NCBI GenBank assembly: GCA_002507425.1
Contig: DAZU01000067.1
Coordinates: 2,502 to 66,501, forward strand
Origin: Euryarchaeota archaeon UBA53
Lineage (GTDB): Archaea > Thermoplasmatota > Poseidoniia > Poseidoniales > Poseidoniaceae
Direction of reading: 5' to 3'
DNA length: 64,000 nt
Shown: in pieces, positions 37,678 through 48,198 of the stretch
How positions within the stretch are numbered: position 1 is the first letter of the stretch
Layout: every line of letters starts with the position of its first letter
Made by a program: the position numbers and the translations under genes
The notes under the pieces: generated by a model
Database searches by the model: none
What the model was told of the DNA's origin: nothing
The model's input: the letters and a program-made list of their open reading frames with translations, nothing else

Positions 37678-38568
37678 ATGCGAATTGCGGTGCTTGGTGC
37701 TGGGGCGATAGGATGTTTAGTCGCAGCCAAATTAATTGACTCAGGTCATGAAGTTCACGTCCACGCAAGAGGAGATCACGGTGCTTTTCTGACAGTTCAT
37801 GGTCTTACGGTTACGGGTGTCTGGAATAAAAAAATCCTGCCTGAGGAGTGGACAGTAAGCTTGGATGAGGTAGGGATACATGATTCTCTAGAAAAATGCG
37901 CTGATTTAGTTATAATAACAAGCAAATCAAAGGATACGGAAAACTTAGCAAAAATTGCTACTAAACTTAGCAACGGCCCAGTTCTGTCATTACAAAATGG
38001 GCTTGGAAACCGTGAAATTATTCAAAAGCATAAACATGAAAATTACGCAGTTGGAGTAACAACAAATGCCGTAAAAAGAATCTCGCCTGGGACAATCGAA
38101 TGGGTTGGCAAAGGTGGTTTGGTCATTGGGGGTCCGAAGGCTTCAGAATTTTTGAATCCACTAAAAACATTAAATGCGTCATTTAATGAAAACGTCTCGA
38201 CAATCTTATGGAATAAATTATTGATAAACATCGCTATAAATCCAATCGCTGCAATTTGTGGGGTTAAGAATGGAATGCTGTTAAAAGAACCCCTCCTATC
38301 CCAAGCGGAATCAACAATGCTAGAAGGTGCTAGGGTAGCAAGATTGTTGGGAATTGATATTCCAAGTGATATTGAGTTAGTTGAAAATCTACAATTAGTA
38401 TTGAAAAATACATCAGAAAATACCTGCTCTATGTTGGTTGATGTAAAGGAAGGTAGAGAGACAGAGATCGATGCTCTTTGTGGTCAGGTTGTAGAGAGAG
38501 CAGAGCAGCTAGGTGTAGAGTCTCCCCTAAATTCTATGCTATTAGCACAAATAAAATCACTCAGATAA
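37678..38568 (+). CDS. panE: 2-dehydropantoate 2-reductase (ApbA/PanE family)
   Basis: MRIAVLGAGAIGCLVAAKLIDSGHEVHVHAR is the N-terminal Rossmann fold of the ApbA family. 296 aa. Confidence 0.6.
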   Translation: MRIAVLGAGAIGCLVAAKLIDSGHEVHVHARGDHGAFLTVHGLTVTGVWNKKILPEEWTVSLDEVGIHDSLEKCADLVIITSKSKDTENLAKIATKLSNGPVLSLQNGLGNREIIQKHKHENYAVGVTTNAVKRISPGTIEWVGKGGLVIGGPKASEFLNPLKTLNASFNENVSTILWNKLLINIAINPIAAICGVKNGMLLKEPLLSQAESTMLEGARVARLLGIDIPSDIELVENLQLVLKNTSENTCSMLVDVKEGRETEIDALCGQVVERAEQLGVESPLNSMLLAQIKSLR

Positions 38569-40141
38569 GATCCTTGTTGTAGTGTAGTCCACGGTTCTCA
38601 TTTCTCGACATTGCATCAATGGTTATCTGTTTTGCAACTTCTACTAAATTTCTCAACTCTATCAATTCTCTTGTCGGGATGCTTCTTCTCCAGATTAACT
38701 CGACCTCAGTTTCTAATAACTCTAGCATTCTTTTTGCCCTGTCTAATCTTTCAAAGGTCCTAACAATCCCAACATCATCTGTCATAGTTTTTCTGAGTGT
38801 TTCAATGTCTCTTACCAATGGTGCATGTTCATTGAGTGGCTCGGTCCCGTCAGCTCTCCACTTTGGAACATGATAATCCGAATCCGGAGGATTGCTAATG
38901 AAATGCTTCGATGCACGGTCTGCAAAAACAATAGCCTCTAGTAAACTGTTTGATGCTAATCTGTTTGCACCATGCATTCCGGTACACGCTACTTCACCTA
39001 TTCCATATAAACCGGGCATTGGATTCCCATTTTCCAAAAGCACTCTCCCATCAATATCAACAAATAAGCCTCCGACCATGTAATGTGCAGCAGGCGCAAC
39101 TGGTATTGGATCTTGCCCAAGAGTTAGATTATATTCATTTAATCTAGATTCGATAGTAGGGAAGTGATCTTGCAACTTTTCTCTATCGAGATGGTCGGTA
39201 ACCAGCCATACATTGTCAGCCCCACTTATCTTCATTTTTTGGTCACAAGCACGAGCAACAATATCTCTAGTCGCTAGGCTCCCCATTTCAGAAAATTCTA
39301 GTGTAAAAGAGTATTTGTCCGGTTTTTTGTTATTTGTTCTATAGTAAAATAGCCCTTCATCATCTAATAGAACTCCCCCTTCTCCCCTCAATGCTTCTGT
39401 TATCAGAAAGGGCGTCGTATTTCCAGCCATTAAAGCGGTAGGGTGGAATTGGAAGAATGCCATGTTTTTACTTGATGCTCCGGCTCTAATAGCCATTGCA
39501 AGGCCATCGCCTGTTGAGACGGGAGGGTTCGTAGTTCGCTCCCACAACTGACCACAACCTCCGGTAGCGATTAGGACTCCATCTGCAGGTAATGCTATCA
39601 TGTCTCCAGAATCAAGGCAAAGGCACCAAATCCCTTTGATGCCTTTTTCTGGAGAACCATGCTCTTTTTGAATTAAATCCACTCCTAGTGTATGTGATTT
39701 CATCGATATATTCTCACTAGTTGATACTGCTTCGTTTAGAGCTCTCTCAATTTCAGCGCCTGTTGCATCTTTAGCATGTAATATTCGTCTAGCAGAATGT
39801 CCACCTTCCTTTACAAGATGGAAATCATCACCCTCCTTTTCAAAATCTACACCTATACTGAGTAAATCTCTTATTCTGTCTCCAGCCTCTTCTACAACGC
39901 ATCTGACTATATCTGGATCACAGAGTCCATCTCCGCATTTGAGTGTGTCATCAATGTGTGATTGCATGGCCTCTCCATCGGTTTTATCCAATATACCTGC
40001 AATGCCTCCTTGTGCCCAATTCGTTGAGGAGTCTTCGGGTCTTTGTTTTGTAATTACTACGACCTCATGGCCTGCAGCCTCTAATTTCAACGCAGCGAAA
40101 AGGCCAGCAATTCCGCTACCTACAACGATAACTTTGCCCAT
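38561..40141 (-). CDS. nadB: L-aspartate oxidase (FAD-dependent; succinate dehydrogenase/fumarate reductase flavoprotein family)
   Basis: ATG at 40141 (MGKVIVVGSGIAGLFAALK, FAD-binding GxGxxG). NWAQGGIAG, RVLLENGNPMPGLYGIGEVACTGMHGANRLASNSL. About 526 aa. Confidence 0.7.
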   Translation of the reverse strand: MGKVIVVGSGIAGLFAALKLEAAGHEVVVITKQRPEDSSTNWAQGGIAGILDKTDGEAMQSHIDDTLKCGDGLCDPDIVRCVVEEAGDRIRDLLSIGVDFEKEGDDFHLVKEGGHSARRILHAKDATGAEIERALNEAVSTSENISMKSHTLGVDLIQKEHGSPEKGIKGIWCLCLDSGDMIALPADGVLIATGGCGQLWERTTNPPVSTGDGLAMAIRAGASSKNMAFFQFHPTALMAGNTTPFLITEALRGEGGVLLDDEGLFYYRTNNKKPDKYSFTLEFSEMGSLATRDIVARACDQKMKISGADNVWLVTDHLDREKLQDHFPTIESRLNEYNLTLGQDPIPVAPAAHYMVGGLFVDIDGRVLLENGNPMPGLYGIGEVACTGMHGANRLASNSLLEAIVFADRASKHFISNPPDSDYHVPKWRADGTEPLNEHAPLVRDIETLRKTMTDDVGIVRTFERLDRAKRMLELLETEVELIWRRSIPTRELIELRNLVEVAKQITIDAMSRNENRGLHYNKDLI

Positions 40142-40215
40142 GGTTATATCCACCCCACAATGCGCTAGCATTCAAATTTGACTGATATAAAATTGCGATA
40201 GAAACTAAGTGTTCT

Positions 40216-41022
40216 TTGGCGTCCCGTGTGTATATGGGCCTGATAAAAAAGTTAGCGGCAGTTATTGGCCTAGCCATGATTGCCATATCCGTTGCTAACG
40301 TTGAATTCGGGGCATTGATGGGGCTTGAGCCCCCTCAAAAGTTGATCTTAGCTAATTTAGCTGATCCGGGCTGCAATAAGGAAGAGATTCAAACCGATAT
40401 AGATGCTGGCAACCTAAACTCTTGTGTAACTGCGACGGGTGTTTGGGATGCCCCGGATTTACTATTACTCATTGAAGGTTGTGTGATATTTCTTTCCACA
40501 TTCATGCGATGGCCAAGAAAGGGCCGATGGGCTGTTAGAATTCGCAAATTGGCCGTAACATCGGGATTAATTTTGTGTGGATTGGCGCTGGCTGACAGGT
40601 TTGATAAATTACCAGGGGCTTCATCAGAAGATTTGGCAACTTTGTTACCCTTCCCAGCACCCGCAATTGCAGTTCAAATTGGAATCTTTGCTGCAGGTAT
40701 ATTCCTTGTAAGAGGTCCTAAATACAGAATTGAAAGAACCGACAGAACCCAAGAAGAAAAAAGAGAAAATAATCACAGAGAATTGGATCTTGCATACAAG
40801 AGGGGTGGTAATTTGGGTTCTTTAACAAAGACAAAAAAACTGAAGGGAGCCAATAAATATCGAACCATAGGAGATTTATGGAGTGATCAAAGTTTGACCC
40901 AATATGAAGATGTTTTTGAAGGTGGACTGAGAGACGATTTTCAATTATCAGCGGGAAGAGTTTGTCATTTGTGCAACGGAGAGGGTTGCAACGGTTGTTC
41001 AAATACAGGAATTGTAAGATAA
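40216..41022 (+). CDS. membrane protein with C-terminal CxxC...CxxC zinc-ribbon-like motif
   Basis: Several hydrophobic helices. C-terminal VCHLCNGEGCNGCSNTG. 268 aa. No further assignment. Confidence 0.4.
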   Translation: MASRVYMGLIKKLAAVIGLAMIAISVANVEFGALMGLEPPQKLILANLADPGCNKEEIQTDIDAGNLNSCVTATGVWDAPDLLLLIEGCVIFLSTFMRWPRKGRWAVRIRKLAVTSGLILCGLALADRFDKLPGASSEDLATLLPFPAPAIAVQIGIFAAGIFLVRGPKYRIERTDRTQEEKRENNHRELDLAYKRGGNLGSLTKTKKLKGANKYRTIGDLWSDQSLTQYEDVFEGGLRDDFQLSAGRVCHLCNGEGCNGCSNTGIVR

Positions 41023-41158
41023 TCGTAATACGTCGGCTAATTTTACATGGTGCTGTAAAGGGCGTCTAAGGTAAGTAATACGAGTAACCTTCAAAACCCC
41101 CCCCGTCTCCTTCGGGAATTAACGTCAAGGTTGCAGTGCTTTGATTTGAGGGAAAGGG

Positions 41159-44100
41159 ATGTATCTAAAAACGCTTGAAGTTGAAAACTTCAAATCATTC
41201 AAAGGTGAAGCGACAATCCCTTTTGATCGAGGTTTCACTGCCATTACCGGACCAAACGGTTCTGGAAAATCCAACTGTGGTGATGCGGTTCAGTTTGTTC
41301 TTGGTGCAAGATCTGCAAAAGTATTGCGGGCACAGAATTCAAAGGATTTAATATTCAATGGTGGAAAATCAAACCGTCCTGCTAGAAATGCTAAGGTGAC
41401 TTTAGTTTTCGCAAACCCTATTTTGTCAAATGGCAGAAGGAGATTACCCATTGATAGCGATGAAGTGAGGATGACTAGAGAGGTTAGACTAACTAAATCA
41501 AATAATACAGTTTCTACATACCTTCTAAACGGAGAAGAGAGCAACCAAAAATCGTTTCATAGATTATTAGGTCAAGCCAATGCCAGGCCAGACGGTTACA
41601 ATATTGTCCTCCAAGGCGATGTTACAAGACTCTCAAGCATGACTGCAATGGAGAGAAGGAGGGTGCTTGATTCAGTCGCTGGCGTAACCTCGTATGACGA
41701 TGAGATTAGGAAAGCAGAAAAACAAAAATCACAAGTCGAGGATTTTATCGATAGGATTTCACTGGTTGAGGAAGAGCAGAAAGCAAGATTGAAAACCTTG
41801 GAGAAAGAAAAGGTAACAGCAGAAAAAGCCAAGTCCACAAAAGAAGAATACGACGCCGCAAATATAGTTTTACAGCAATCCAAGCACCTGTCAGCAAAAG
41901 CAGAGATACAACATCATGCTGAAGAGAAGGCACGGTTCCTTTCAGAAGCTTCTAAATTAGAAGAAAATGTGAAAGCTTCCGAAAAGATATTGCTCGATTT
42001 AGATGACAAGATTGGGGATTTGGAAAGGCAGATATCTGAAGCCATGGGTGGAGATAAAGGCGGTTTGATTGATGAGATTAATTCATTACAGGTATCTATT
42101 GCATTAAACAAAGATCACATCTCTGATTCAGAATCCGCAGATGCAACAGATGCTGAAATTCTAATGGGTTTGGAAGATGAAATAAAATCTGCCAAAGAAG
42201 ATTTAGATATCCATATCCAAAACTTAGTATCAGCTAAAGAAGCACTGGCAGAATCTGAGAGAGCATATCAGGAGTGCGAATCAATTGAGTCATCAATCAG
42301 AGATTCACTAGAGAGCTCCGGTGACGCTAATGCGTCTTTGTCGAGGGCTTTAACCAAAGCTAATGAAGAATTTGAAGATTCACGCGAGACCTTACAAAAT
42401 TCAAGAATTGATGTTGAAAAACTTGCGAATGAGGCAGATATTGTTGCAGAGCAGTTATCTAGAGCAGAAGAGGATGTAGATGACGCTAGACTTGCTTGTG
42501 ACGATGTCCAGTTACGAATGGAAGAATTAGGTGATATAAATCCTCAAAATGATTTATCTTCATTGGCTGATGAATTAAGAAGTGCACAAGGTGCAGAGAA
42601 ACGGCTTATTGACGAGTCTTCTGCTGTTGATAGAAGACTACAGGAGGCTGAGAGACGCCTATCATCAGCTAGAACTGAACTTGACAAACGCTCGGGTAGT
42701 AATGGTATGGCTCCTGGGGCAGCAGCGGTTATGGCTGCAAGAGATCGTGGAGAGCTGAAGGGAATAATTGGAACAATAAGCGAGCTTTGTGCTCCAAAAA
42801 ATCCCGATCATGCTGATGCGCTTGCAACAGCTGTTGGGGGTGGAATGAACTCAGTAGTAGTTGAAAATGACCAGATTGCCGCACAGGCAATGGCCTTGCT
42901 AAAAAGTAGGAAATTGGGTAGGGCGACATTCCTGCCATTGAACAAAATGCAAGCGAATCGGGCTTCGGGAAAGGCAGCGATGTCGGTCAACAAACCCGGA
43001 GTTCTTGGTTTTGCTCACGAATTGCTCGAATATGACCCAAGAATCTCTGCGGCGGTAGCATACGCTCTAAGAAATACGCTCGTTGTTGATAATATTTCCA
43101 CAGCTAGGAAGTTGATGGGTGGAGTAAGATTAGTCACTCTAGGTGGGGAGATTACTGAATCCGGCGGCGCCATGATTGGAGGTAGTCGACAGAAAATGAA
43201 AACTGGATTTGGCGGAAAAATTCACGGAGCAGGCGAGGTAGAGAAACTTGTTACAGAAGTGGACAGGCTATCATTGATGGCTCAAACCGTTGCATCAGCT
43301 CTAAGAGAGGCTAGAACTAGACAGAATGAGATAAGAGGCAAAATAAATTCGCTCGCTGAGGATGATAATTCTTTCAAAGCTGGGTCACTAAAGACAGAAC
43401 TTGATTTGGCACAAAAATCCCTAAACAAAGCGAGAGAGAAAGCGAGTGAAATTGAAAATCGCTTAGCAAAGTTGGAAGCAGAACACTCAGACAAGTTGTC
43501 AATTTTAGAAGAAGCTGAAGAAGCGCTTATCAAAGCGGAGGCAAAAAGGGAAAAGGCAGCAGAGGACTTGAGAGATTCTAGTCCAGACGAAATCAAGCAG
43601 AAGTTGTTAGAAGCACAGACTCGTAGAATCGAGGCTGAGGGAATTGCAACCAAGGCTGAAGTAACGCTCGATAGTGGTAAAGAAAAAGAAGAATTACTCA
43701 ATGAAAGACTTGATTCATTTACATCAAGAGCTGATGAAATTCAAGCGAATATGGCTGGCCGTAGTCAGTCGATAAAGTCATGGAAAAACAAAATTCAAGA
43801 ACAGTCTAAGATTCTTTCAGAAAAAGAATCCGAGCGCTCTAAACTTTTGGACGAACATGAGGAGTTGGAATTAAATCGCCGGTCATTAGTAGACGATAGA
43901 GCCCAAGTTAGAGCGGAAGCAAACCAGATGGCTAGCAATGCAATAAACTCTAAGTCATTGGCAAATGAAATTACTCATGCCCTTGCGGTCAAAGAGAAGG
44001 CATTGGCAGATTTGCTTGTTGAGATGGAACTTGAGGAAATACCGATTGCATCATTGAATGATATGATTCCAAATGTTGGCGACGCAGAAAAAGAAGTCAA

Positions 44101-45052
44101 TAGTCTAAGAAGAAAATTAGACAAGTTTGGAGATTTCAACATGCTTGCAATAGAACAATATGACGCTTGTAAATCTAGATTAGACGAGATGAAAGGTGAT
44201 TTCAAAATCCTTCAGGAAAGGAGGAAGAAATTACTCGACATAACAGATAAACTTGAATCTCAGAGAAAAACAAGGCTACTTTCCACATTAAAAGAAGTGA
44301 ATAAGAACTTCAAGGTAGTTTACAATAGACTATCGAATGGTGGTAGAGGGGAATTGTTCCTTGAGAATCCTGAGGAACCATTCAAAGGCGGTCTCGACAT
44401 GTGGGCACAGCCTCGTGGCAAGTCAAACAAATCTAGGTTGCAAGGGCTTTCAGGAGGAGAAAAATCCATGGCTTCTTTATCCTTGATATTTGCAATCCAA
44501 GATCACGATCCCAGTCCTTTCTATTACTTTGATGAGGTAGACCAGAACCTGGATGTTCCAAACTCTAAACTAATCGCAACCGAATGTAGAAACCGAAGTG
44601 AAGCAGCGCAGTTCATAATGGTGACACTTCGCAAGGTCTCTCTTGAACTTGCAGACCACCACATAGGAATCACTCATGGTGGAGATGGTTGTTCGAGAAG
44701 AATAGTTGATTTCGATAGAGATAGAGCAATCAAGCTTGGAGCCGAGGCAGAGAAAGAGGCTTCACAAGCGTCTGATAAGAACCATTCGAGGATTGAAGAA
44801 GCCAAGGCAATAGCAGAAAACATGCCCGAGGTTCCTGACCCATTGCCTGCTCCAAAAAGCCTCGGAGGTCTGTTAAGTCATATTCCTGATGAAAGTCCAG
44901 ATTCTAGTGATGGTTTCACAGCCCTAGCAGATAGGGCTGGAGAACTTACTGAAGATATTAATCAGAGAAGAGAGATTGTAAGTGAGTTTCTAGCTACTGA
45001 AGGCGTTGAAAAAGAGGTTGAATCAGATATCGAGGCGGATTCGGAGGCTTGA
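41159..45052 (+). CDS. smc: chromosome segregation protein SMC, with an unusual ~100-aa acidic C-terminal extension
   Basis: Walker A FTAITGPNGSGKSN. Long coiled coils. Hinge GVLGFAHELLEYDPRISAAVAYALRNTLVVDN. Signature LSGGEKSMASLSLIFAIQ and Walker B FYYFDEVD. 1297 aa. Confidence 0.9.
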   Translation: MYLKTLEVENFKSFKGEATIPFDRGFTAITGPNGSGKSNCGDAVQFVLGARSAKVLRAQNSKDLIFNGGKSNRPARNAKVTLVFANPILSNGRRRLPIDSDEVRMTREVRLTKSNNTVSTYLLNGEESNQKSFHRLLGQANARPDGYNIVLQGDVTRLSSMTAMERRRVLDSVAGVTSYDDEIRKAEKQKSQVEDFIDRISLVEEEQKARLKTLEKEKVTAEKAKSTKEEYDAANIVLQQSKHLSAKAEIQHHAEEKARFLSEASKLEENVKASEKILLDLDDKIGDLERQISEAMGGDKGGLIDEINSLQVSIALNKDHISDSESADATDAEILMGLEDEIKSAKEDLDIHIQNLVSAKEALAESERAYQECESIESSIRDSLESSGDANASLSRALTKANEEFEDSRETLQNSRIDVEKLANEADIVAEQLSRAEEDVDDARLACDDVQLRMEELGDINPQNDLSSLADELRSAQGAEKRLIDESSAVDRRLQEAERRLSSARTELDKRSGSNGMAPGAAAVMAARDRGELKGIIGTISELCAPKNPDHADALATAVGGGMNSVVVENDQIAAQAMALLKSRKLGRATFLPLNKMQANRASGKAAMSVNKPGVLGFAHELLEYDPRISAAVAYALRNTLVVDNISTARKLMGGVRLVTLGGEITESGGAMIGGSRQKMKTGFGGKIHGAGEVEKLVTEVDRLSLMAQTVASALREARTRQNEIRGKINSLAEDDNSFKAGSLKTELDLAQKSLNKAREKASEIENRLAKLEAEHSDKLSILEEAEEALIKAEAKREKAAEDLRDSSPDEIKQKLLEAQTRRIEAEGIATKAEVTLDSGKEKEELLNERLDSFTSRADEIQANMAGRSQSIKSWKNKIQEQSKILSEKESERSKLLDEHEELELNRRSLVDDRAQVRAEANQMASNAINSKSLANEITHALAVKEKALADLLVEMELEEIPIASLNDMIPNVGDAEKEVNSLRRKLDKFGDFNMLAIEQYDACKSRLDEMKGDFKILQERRKKLLDITDKLESQRKTRLLSTLKEVNKNFKVVYNRLSNGGRGELFLENPEEPFKGGLDMWAQPRGKSNKSRLQGLSGGEKSMASLSLIFAIQDHDPSPFYYFDEVDQNLDVPNSKLIATECRNRSEAAQFIMVTLRKVSLELADHHIGITHGGDGCSRRIVDFDRDRAIKLGAEAEKEASQASDKNHSRIEEAKAIAENMPEVPDPLPAPKSLGGLLSHIPDESPDSSDGFTALADRAGELTEDINQRREIVSEFLATEGVEKEVESDIEADSEA

Positions 45053-46215
45053 GAATGCAACAATCAGTTCTAGATGGCTGGTTTTTGCGACAAGACATTC
45101 TTGACCAATTAGTCAGTCAAGATGAAGATGTCAGTGAGGCCGAGAGGTATGCAGATAGGATTCTTAGAATCGCACAAGAAGAGAGTGCAGAACATCAGGT
45201 TTTATCCGATCCGTTTGACAGGTCTGTTGCCCTTGTTCTATCCTTAATTCGAGAAGAGGGTATGGATCCTTGGAACATAGATCTCTCAGCATTTTTGAAA
45301 CTCTTTACTCAACGGGTTAGAAAGGAGGCATCGGGTTTAGATCTACCAGCTTGTGGTAGGTTGATACGCATGTCCTGGGAGGTTCTCACTCAGCAGGCCT
45401 CAAGTTTGTTTGATCGAGTAATAGCAATGGATATAGAGGACGATGATGATTTCTTTGACTTTGGTTGGGAATCTGAATATGATGATAATGAATTCATTTT
45501 TACCACAACAGTATTGGAAGGCGATGCAGATAATTTGCTGCCTTCGTTTTTCGATGAGCGCCTAAGGAGAGAGGAAGGGCGCCCATCCACTCTCGGAGAG
45601 TTGCTTTCGGCTCTAAAGGATGCGTGTGATGAGGCTGAGATTTTAAAGGCAAAAGATGACTATAGAAAGGCTCATGCAGTTGAACTAAAAAATATGTTAG
45701 ACAACGTTGGTTCTAGAATGCATAAGGAGGATATGGAAGGGGACATTAGAAGATGCTGGACTGCAATGAGAAATGTCATTTCCATACAAGGACAATCTAA
45801 GGTTCCCGTTAAAGATGTGACAAAGAAATTGTCTAAAATTTTGATAGAAACCTTCGGAGAGATTCCAGAGGGCTACGAGGTTGAATCGAAAATAACATCA
45901 TTCGTCGCAGGTTTATTTCTGACTCACCGTGGTTATGCGTGGATTAGCCAAGATGGGCCTGATGACCCAATAATGCTTGAAGACAGGTGGCCTGACGCAA
46001 CTACATTTGACGAAGTTACTGTTTTAGCTGAAAAAATGATTCAGAGTGATTCCAAGTCAATTAGTGAAGATGAGACAGAATCAATGCGGCATGCAGCAAA
46101 GCTTGCAGAAAGAGCCAGACTTGCTGCTGAGAAAGAAAGATTGGAACGTGAAGAAAAAGAGAGGCTAGCTAAGGCTGCCTTATCGAATAATCCTGAAGAT
46201 TGGTTAGTGGAGTAA
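45049..46215 (+). CDS. scpA: segregation and condensation protein A (kleisin)
   Basis: Start overlaps the smc stop (TTG 45049 or ATG 45055). N-terminal ...GMDPWNIDLSAFLKLF is the ScpA motif. 388 aa with an acidic/charged C-terminal half. Confidence 0.7.
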   Translation: MRMQQSVLDGWFLRQDILDQLVSQDEDVSEAERYADRILRIAQEESAEHQVLSDPFDRSVALVLSLIREEGMDPWNIDLSAFLKLFTQRVRKEASGLDLPACGRLIRMSWEVLTQQASSLFDRVIAMDIEDDDDFFDFGWESEYDDNEFIFTTTVLEGDADNLLPSFFDERLRREEGRPSTLGELLSALKDACDEAEILKAKDDYRKAHAVELKNMLDNVGSRMHKEDMEGDIRRCWTAMRNVISIQGQSKVPVKDVTKKLSKILIETFGEIPEGYEVESKITSFVAGLFLTHRGYAWISQDGPDDPIMLEDRWPDATTFDEVTVLAEKMIQSDSKSISEDETESMRHAAKLAERARLAAEKERLEREEKERLAKAALSNNPEDWLVE

Positions 46216-46227
46216 GGAGGTATTTGC

Positions 46228-46836
46228 ATAACAGAAATTCCCATTGAAACATTACTCGAAGCCACCCTCTTTAGCGCTGGAAGGTCACTCGGTGTTGAAG
46301 AATTATCTGAAAACTTAGGTTATGACGAAGAAGAAATTACAGAATCTCTCACAAACCTTCAATCAACTTTCAAAAGAAGGAGAGGCGGGGGCCTGCAGGT
46401 TGTTATGATAGGTAAAAAATGGGCCATGGAGGTAAAACCTAAGATTGCTGAACATTTACCAAAGGAAACCAAATCTGACCTACCTCCTAAGTTGTTAAAG
46501 GCCGCAGCTTTGATAGCATATCATCAACCAATGCCTCAATCGCGTTTGGTAGAATTACTAGGTCAGAAAGCTTACGATCACATCAGAGAACTAGCGCAAG
46601 CAGGTCTAGTGGGGCGGAGGAGAGATGGAAATACAAGAAGGTTAACAACAACTCGAAGATTTTCTGAAATGTTTGGATGTCCTCACACCGATAGGAAGAA
46701 AGTAAAGGCGTGGTTTAGAGAAATGGTTGACTCTTCTGGCCTTCTTGATGGCATGGAAGGGAAATTAGCCCTTAGAGATGAGGTTGAAGATGATGGAAGC
46801 GTCCAAACCACTCTAGGGGTTACTGAATCAGAGTAA
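46228..46836 (+). CDS. scpB: segregation and condensation protein B; start codon uncertain (no ATG/GTG/TTG before Met63 in frame)
   Basis: In-frame translation from 46216 gives GGICITEIPIETLLEATLFSAGRSLGVEELSENLGYDEEEI..., the typical ScpB N-terminus (L.ALLFa.g.pl...L). The annotated 46405 ATG would truncate the first winged helix. GGAGGT at 46216-46221 then ATA at 46228. Same reading frame as scpA, separated only by TAA 46213-46215. Confidence 0.6.
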   Translation: MTEIPIETLLEATLFSAGRSLGVEELSENLGYDEEEITESLTNLQSTFKRRRGGGLQVVMIGKKWAMEVKPKIAEHLPKETKSDLPPKLLKAAALIAYHQPMPQSRLVELLGQKAYDHIRELAQAGLVGRRRDGNTRRLTTTRRFSEMFGCPHTDRKKVKAWFREMVDSSGLLDGMEGKLALRDEVEDDGSVQTTLGVTESE

Positions 46837-48135
46837 TCAAGCCTTGCGTAAACTTTCAAGCGTCTCTTTTACCAGTTGTTGTGTTACAGGTCCCTTTTGC
46901 GAGTTTACAATTCCAGCGACTATCTCAATTTCTTCTCCAATTGCTCCTGCGCTTACTGCCATATTTCTGGCATGCAGTTTCATGTGACCTGCTTGTATTC
47001 CACTTGTAGCTAAAGCACGCATGGCGCCTAGATTTTGCGCTAACCCAGCGGCTGCAATTACTCCAGCCAATTCCTTTGCTGACTCAACGCCTAATATTGA
47101 TAGGTTGGCTTTTGCAACGGGATGCACTTTAGATGCTCCTCCAACTATTCCAACAGCCATTGGCGTTTCTATTCTACCGACTAAGTTTCCATCACTATCT
47201 TTGTGCCACTTAGTCATGGATGAATACTGGTCATTATCGACCGCAGCCCAAGCATGGCAGCCTGCCTCTATCGCTCTCCAGTCCTGTCCACAGGCCAGTG
47301 CTACTGCGCTTATTGCATTCATGACGCCTTTATTATGCGTAGTGGCTCTGTATGGATCAGACATGGCAAAGTGATGTGCATCCAAAATTGCTGATATTAT
47401 CTTGCTACCGTCTTCTCTGGATCCATCATCAGATAATTCCTCAGGAGAAAAAATGGCTTCGACTCTTGCGAGTCTTTTTGACGCCAGATTTGATAAAATT
47501 CTGAGGTGGACCTTTCCATTGGTAATTTCTTCGACTTTATCTGTAATCAACTCGGCCATAGTATTCACAGCATTTGCACCCATGGCATCTTTAGTATCTA
47601 CAAGAAGGTGTATAACTAACATCTTACCAGAGTCACTATCTATCTCCCTTACTTCAATATCTTTACATCCTCCACCTAATCTTATCATTGTGGATGGTAG
47701 GGAGTTACACATCTTCATCAGTTCGTATTTTGCTGTCAAGATTGCTTCTCGTGCGATGTCGGTATCTTCTAAATGTAAGACTTGAACTTGGGCAATCATA
47801 ATTGAATCATCGCTTGAAGTTCTAAATCCTCCATTTTTTAGACACCTTTTAGCCATATTACTCGCTGCTGCAATTATGCTCGATTCTTCTACACAGAATG
47901 GTATTAGGTATGGCTTCCCATCTATAACAAAGTTAGTTGCTACACCGACAGGAAGAGACATTGTCCCGATTACATTCTCGATCATCCTGTCAGCAGCAAG
48001 CTCGTCAAGTTCACCCGTTTTTGATAATGCTGAGATTTCATCTTGTGATAAATTAGATAATTCCGCAACCTTAGCACGTCTATCTTCAACAGATAGTTTG
48101 TAGAACCCTGGAAGTCTACTATCGTCAACTGGCAT
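46837..48135 (-). CDS. hmgA: 3-hydroxy-3-methylglutaryl-CoA reductase
   Basis: ENVIGTMSLPVGVATNFVIDGKPYLIPFCVEESSIIAAASNMAKR is the HMGR catalytic-core signature. ATG at 48135 (MPVDDS...) preceded by AGAGGAAGC; the ORF also opens at TTG 48159. Confidence 0.8.
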   Translation of the reverse strand: MPVDDSRLPGFYKLSVEDRRAKVAELSNLSQDEISALSKTGELDELAADRMIENVIGTMSLPVGVATNFVIDGKPYLIPFCVEESSIIAAASNMAKRCLKNGGFRTSSDDSIMIAQVQVLHLEDTDIAREAILTAKYELMKMCNSLPSTMIRLGGGCKDIEVREIDSDSGKMLVIHLLVDTKDAMGANAVNTMAELITDKVEEITNGKVHLRILSNLASKRLARVEAIFSPEELSDDGSREDGSKIISAILDAHHFAMSDPYRATTHNKGVMNAISAVALACGQDWRAIEAGCHAWAAVDNDQYSSMTKWHKDSDGNLVGRIETPMAVGIVGGASKVHPVAKANLSILGVESAKELAGVIAAAGLAQNLGAMRALATSGIQAGHMKLHARNMAVSAGAIGEEIEIVAGIVNSQKGPVTQQLVKETLESLRKA

Positions 48136-48198
48136 TATGCTTCCTCTGTTAACTCCCAAGGGATGCTTGTTGATGAATGAACCGACGATTTAACGTAA

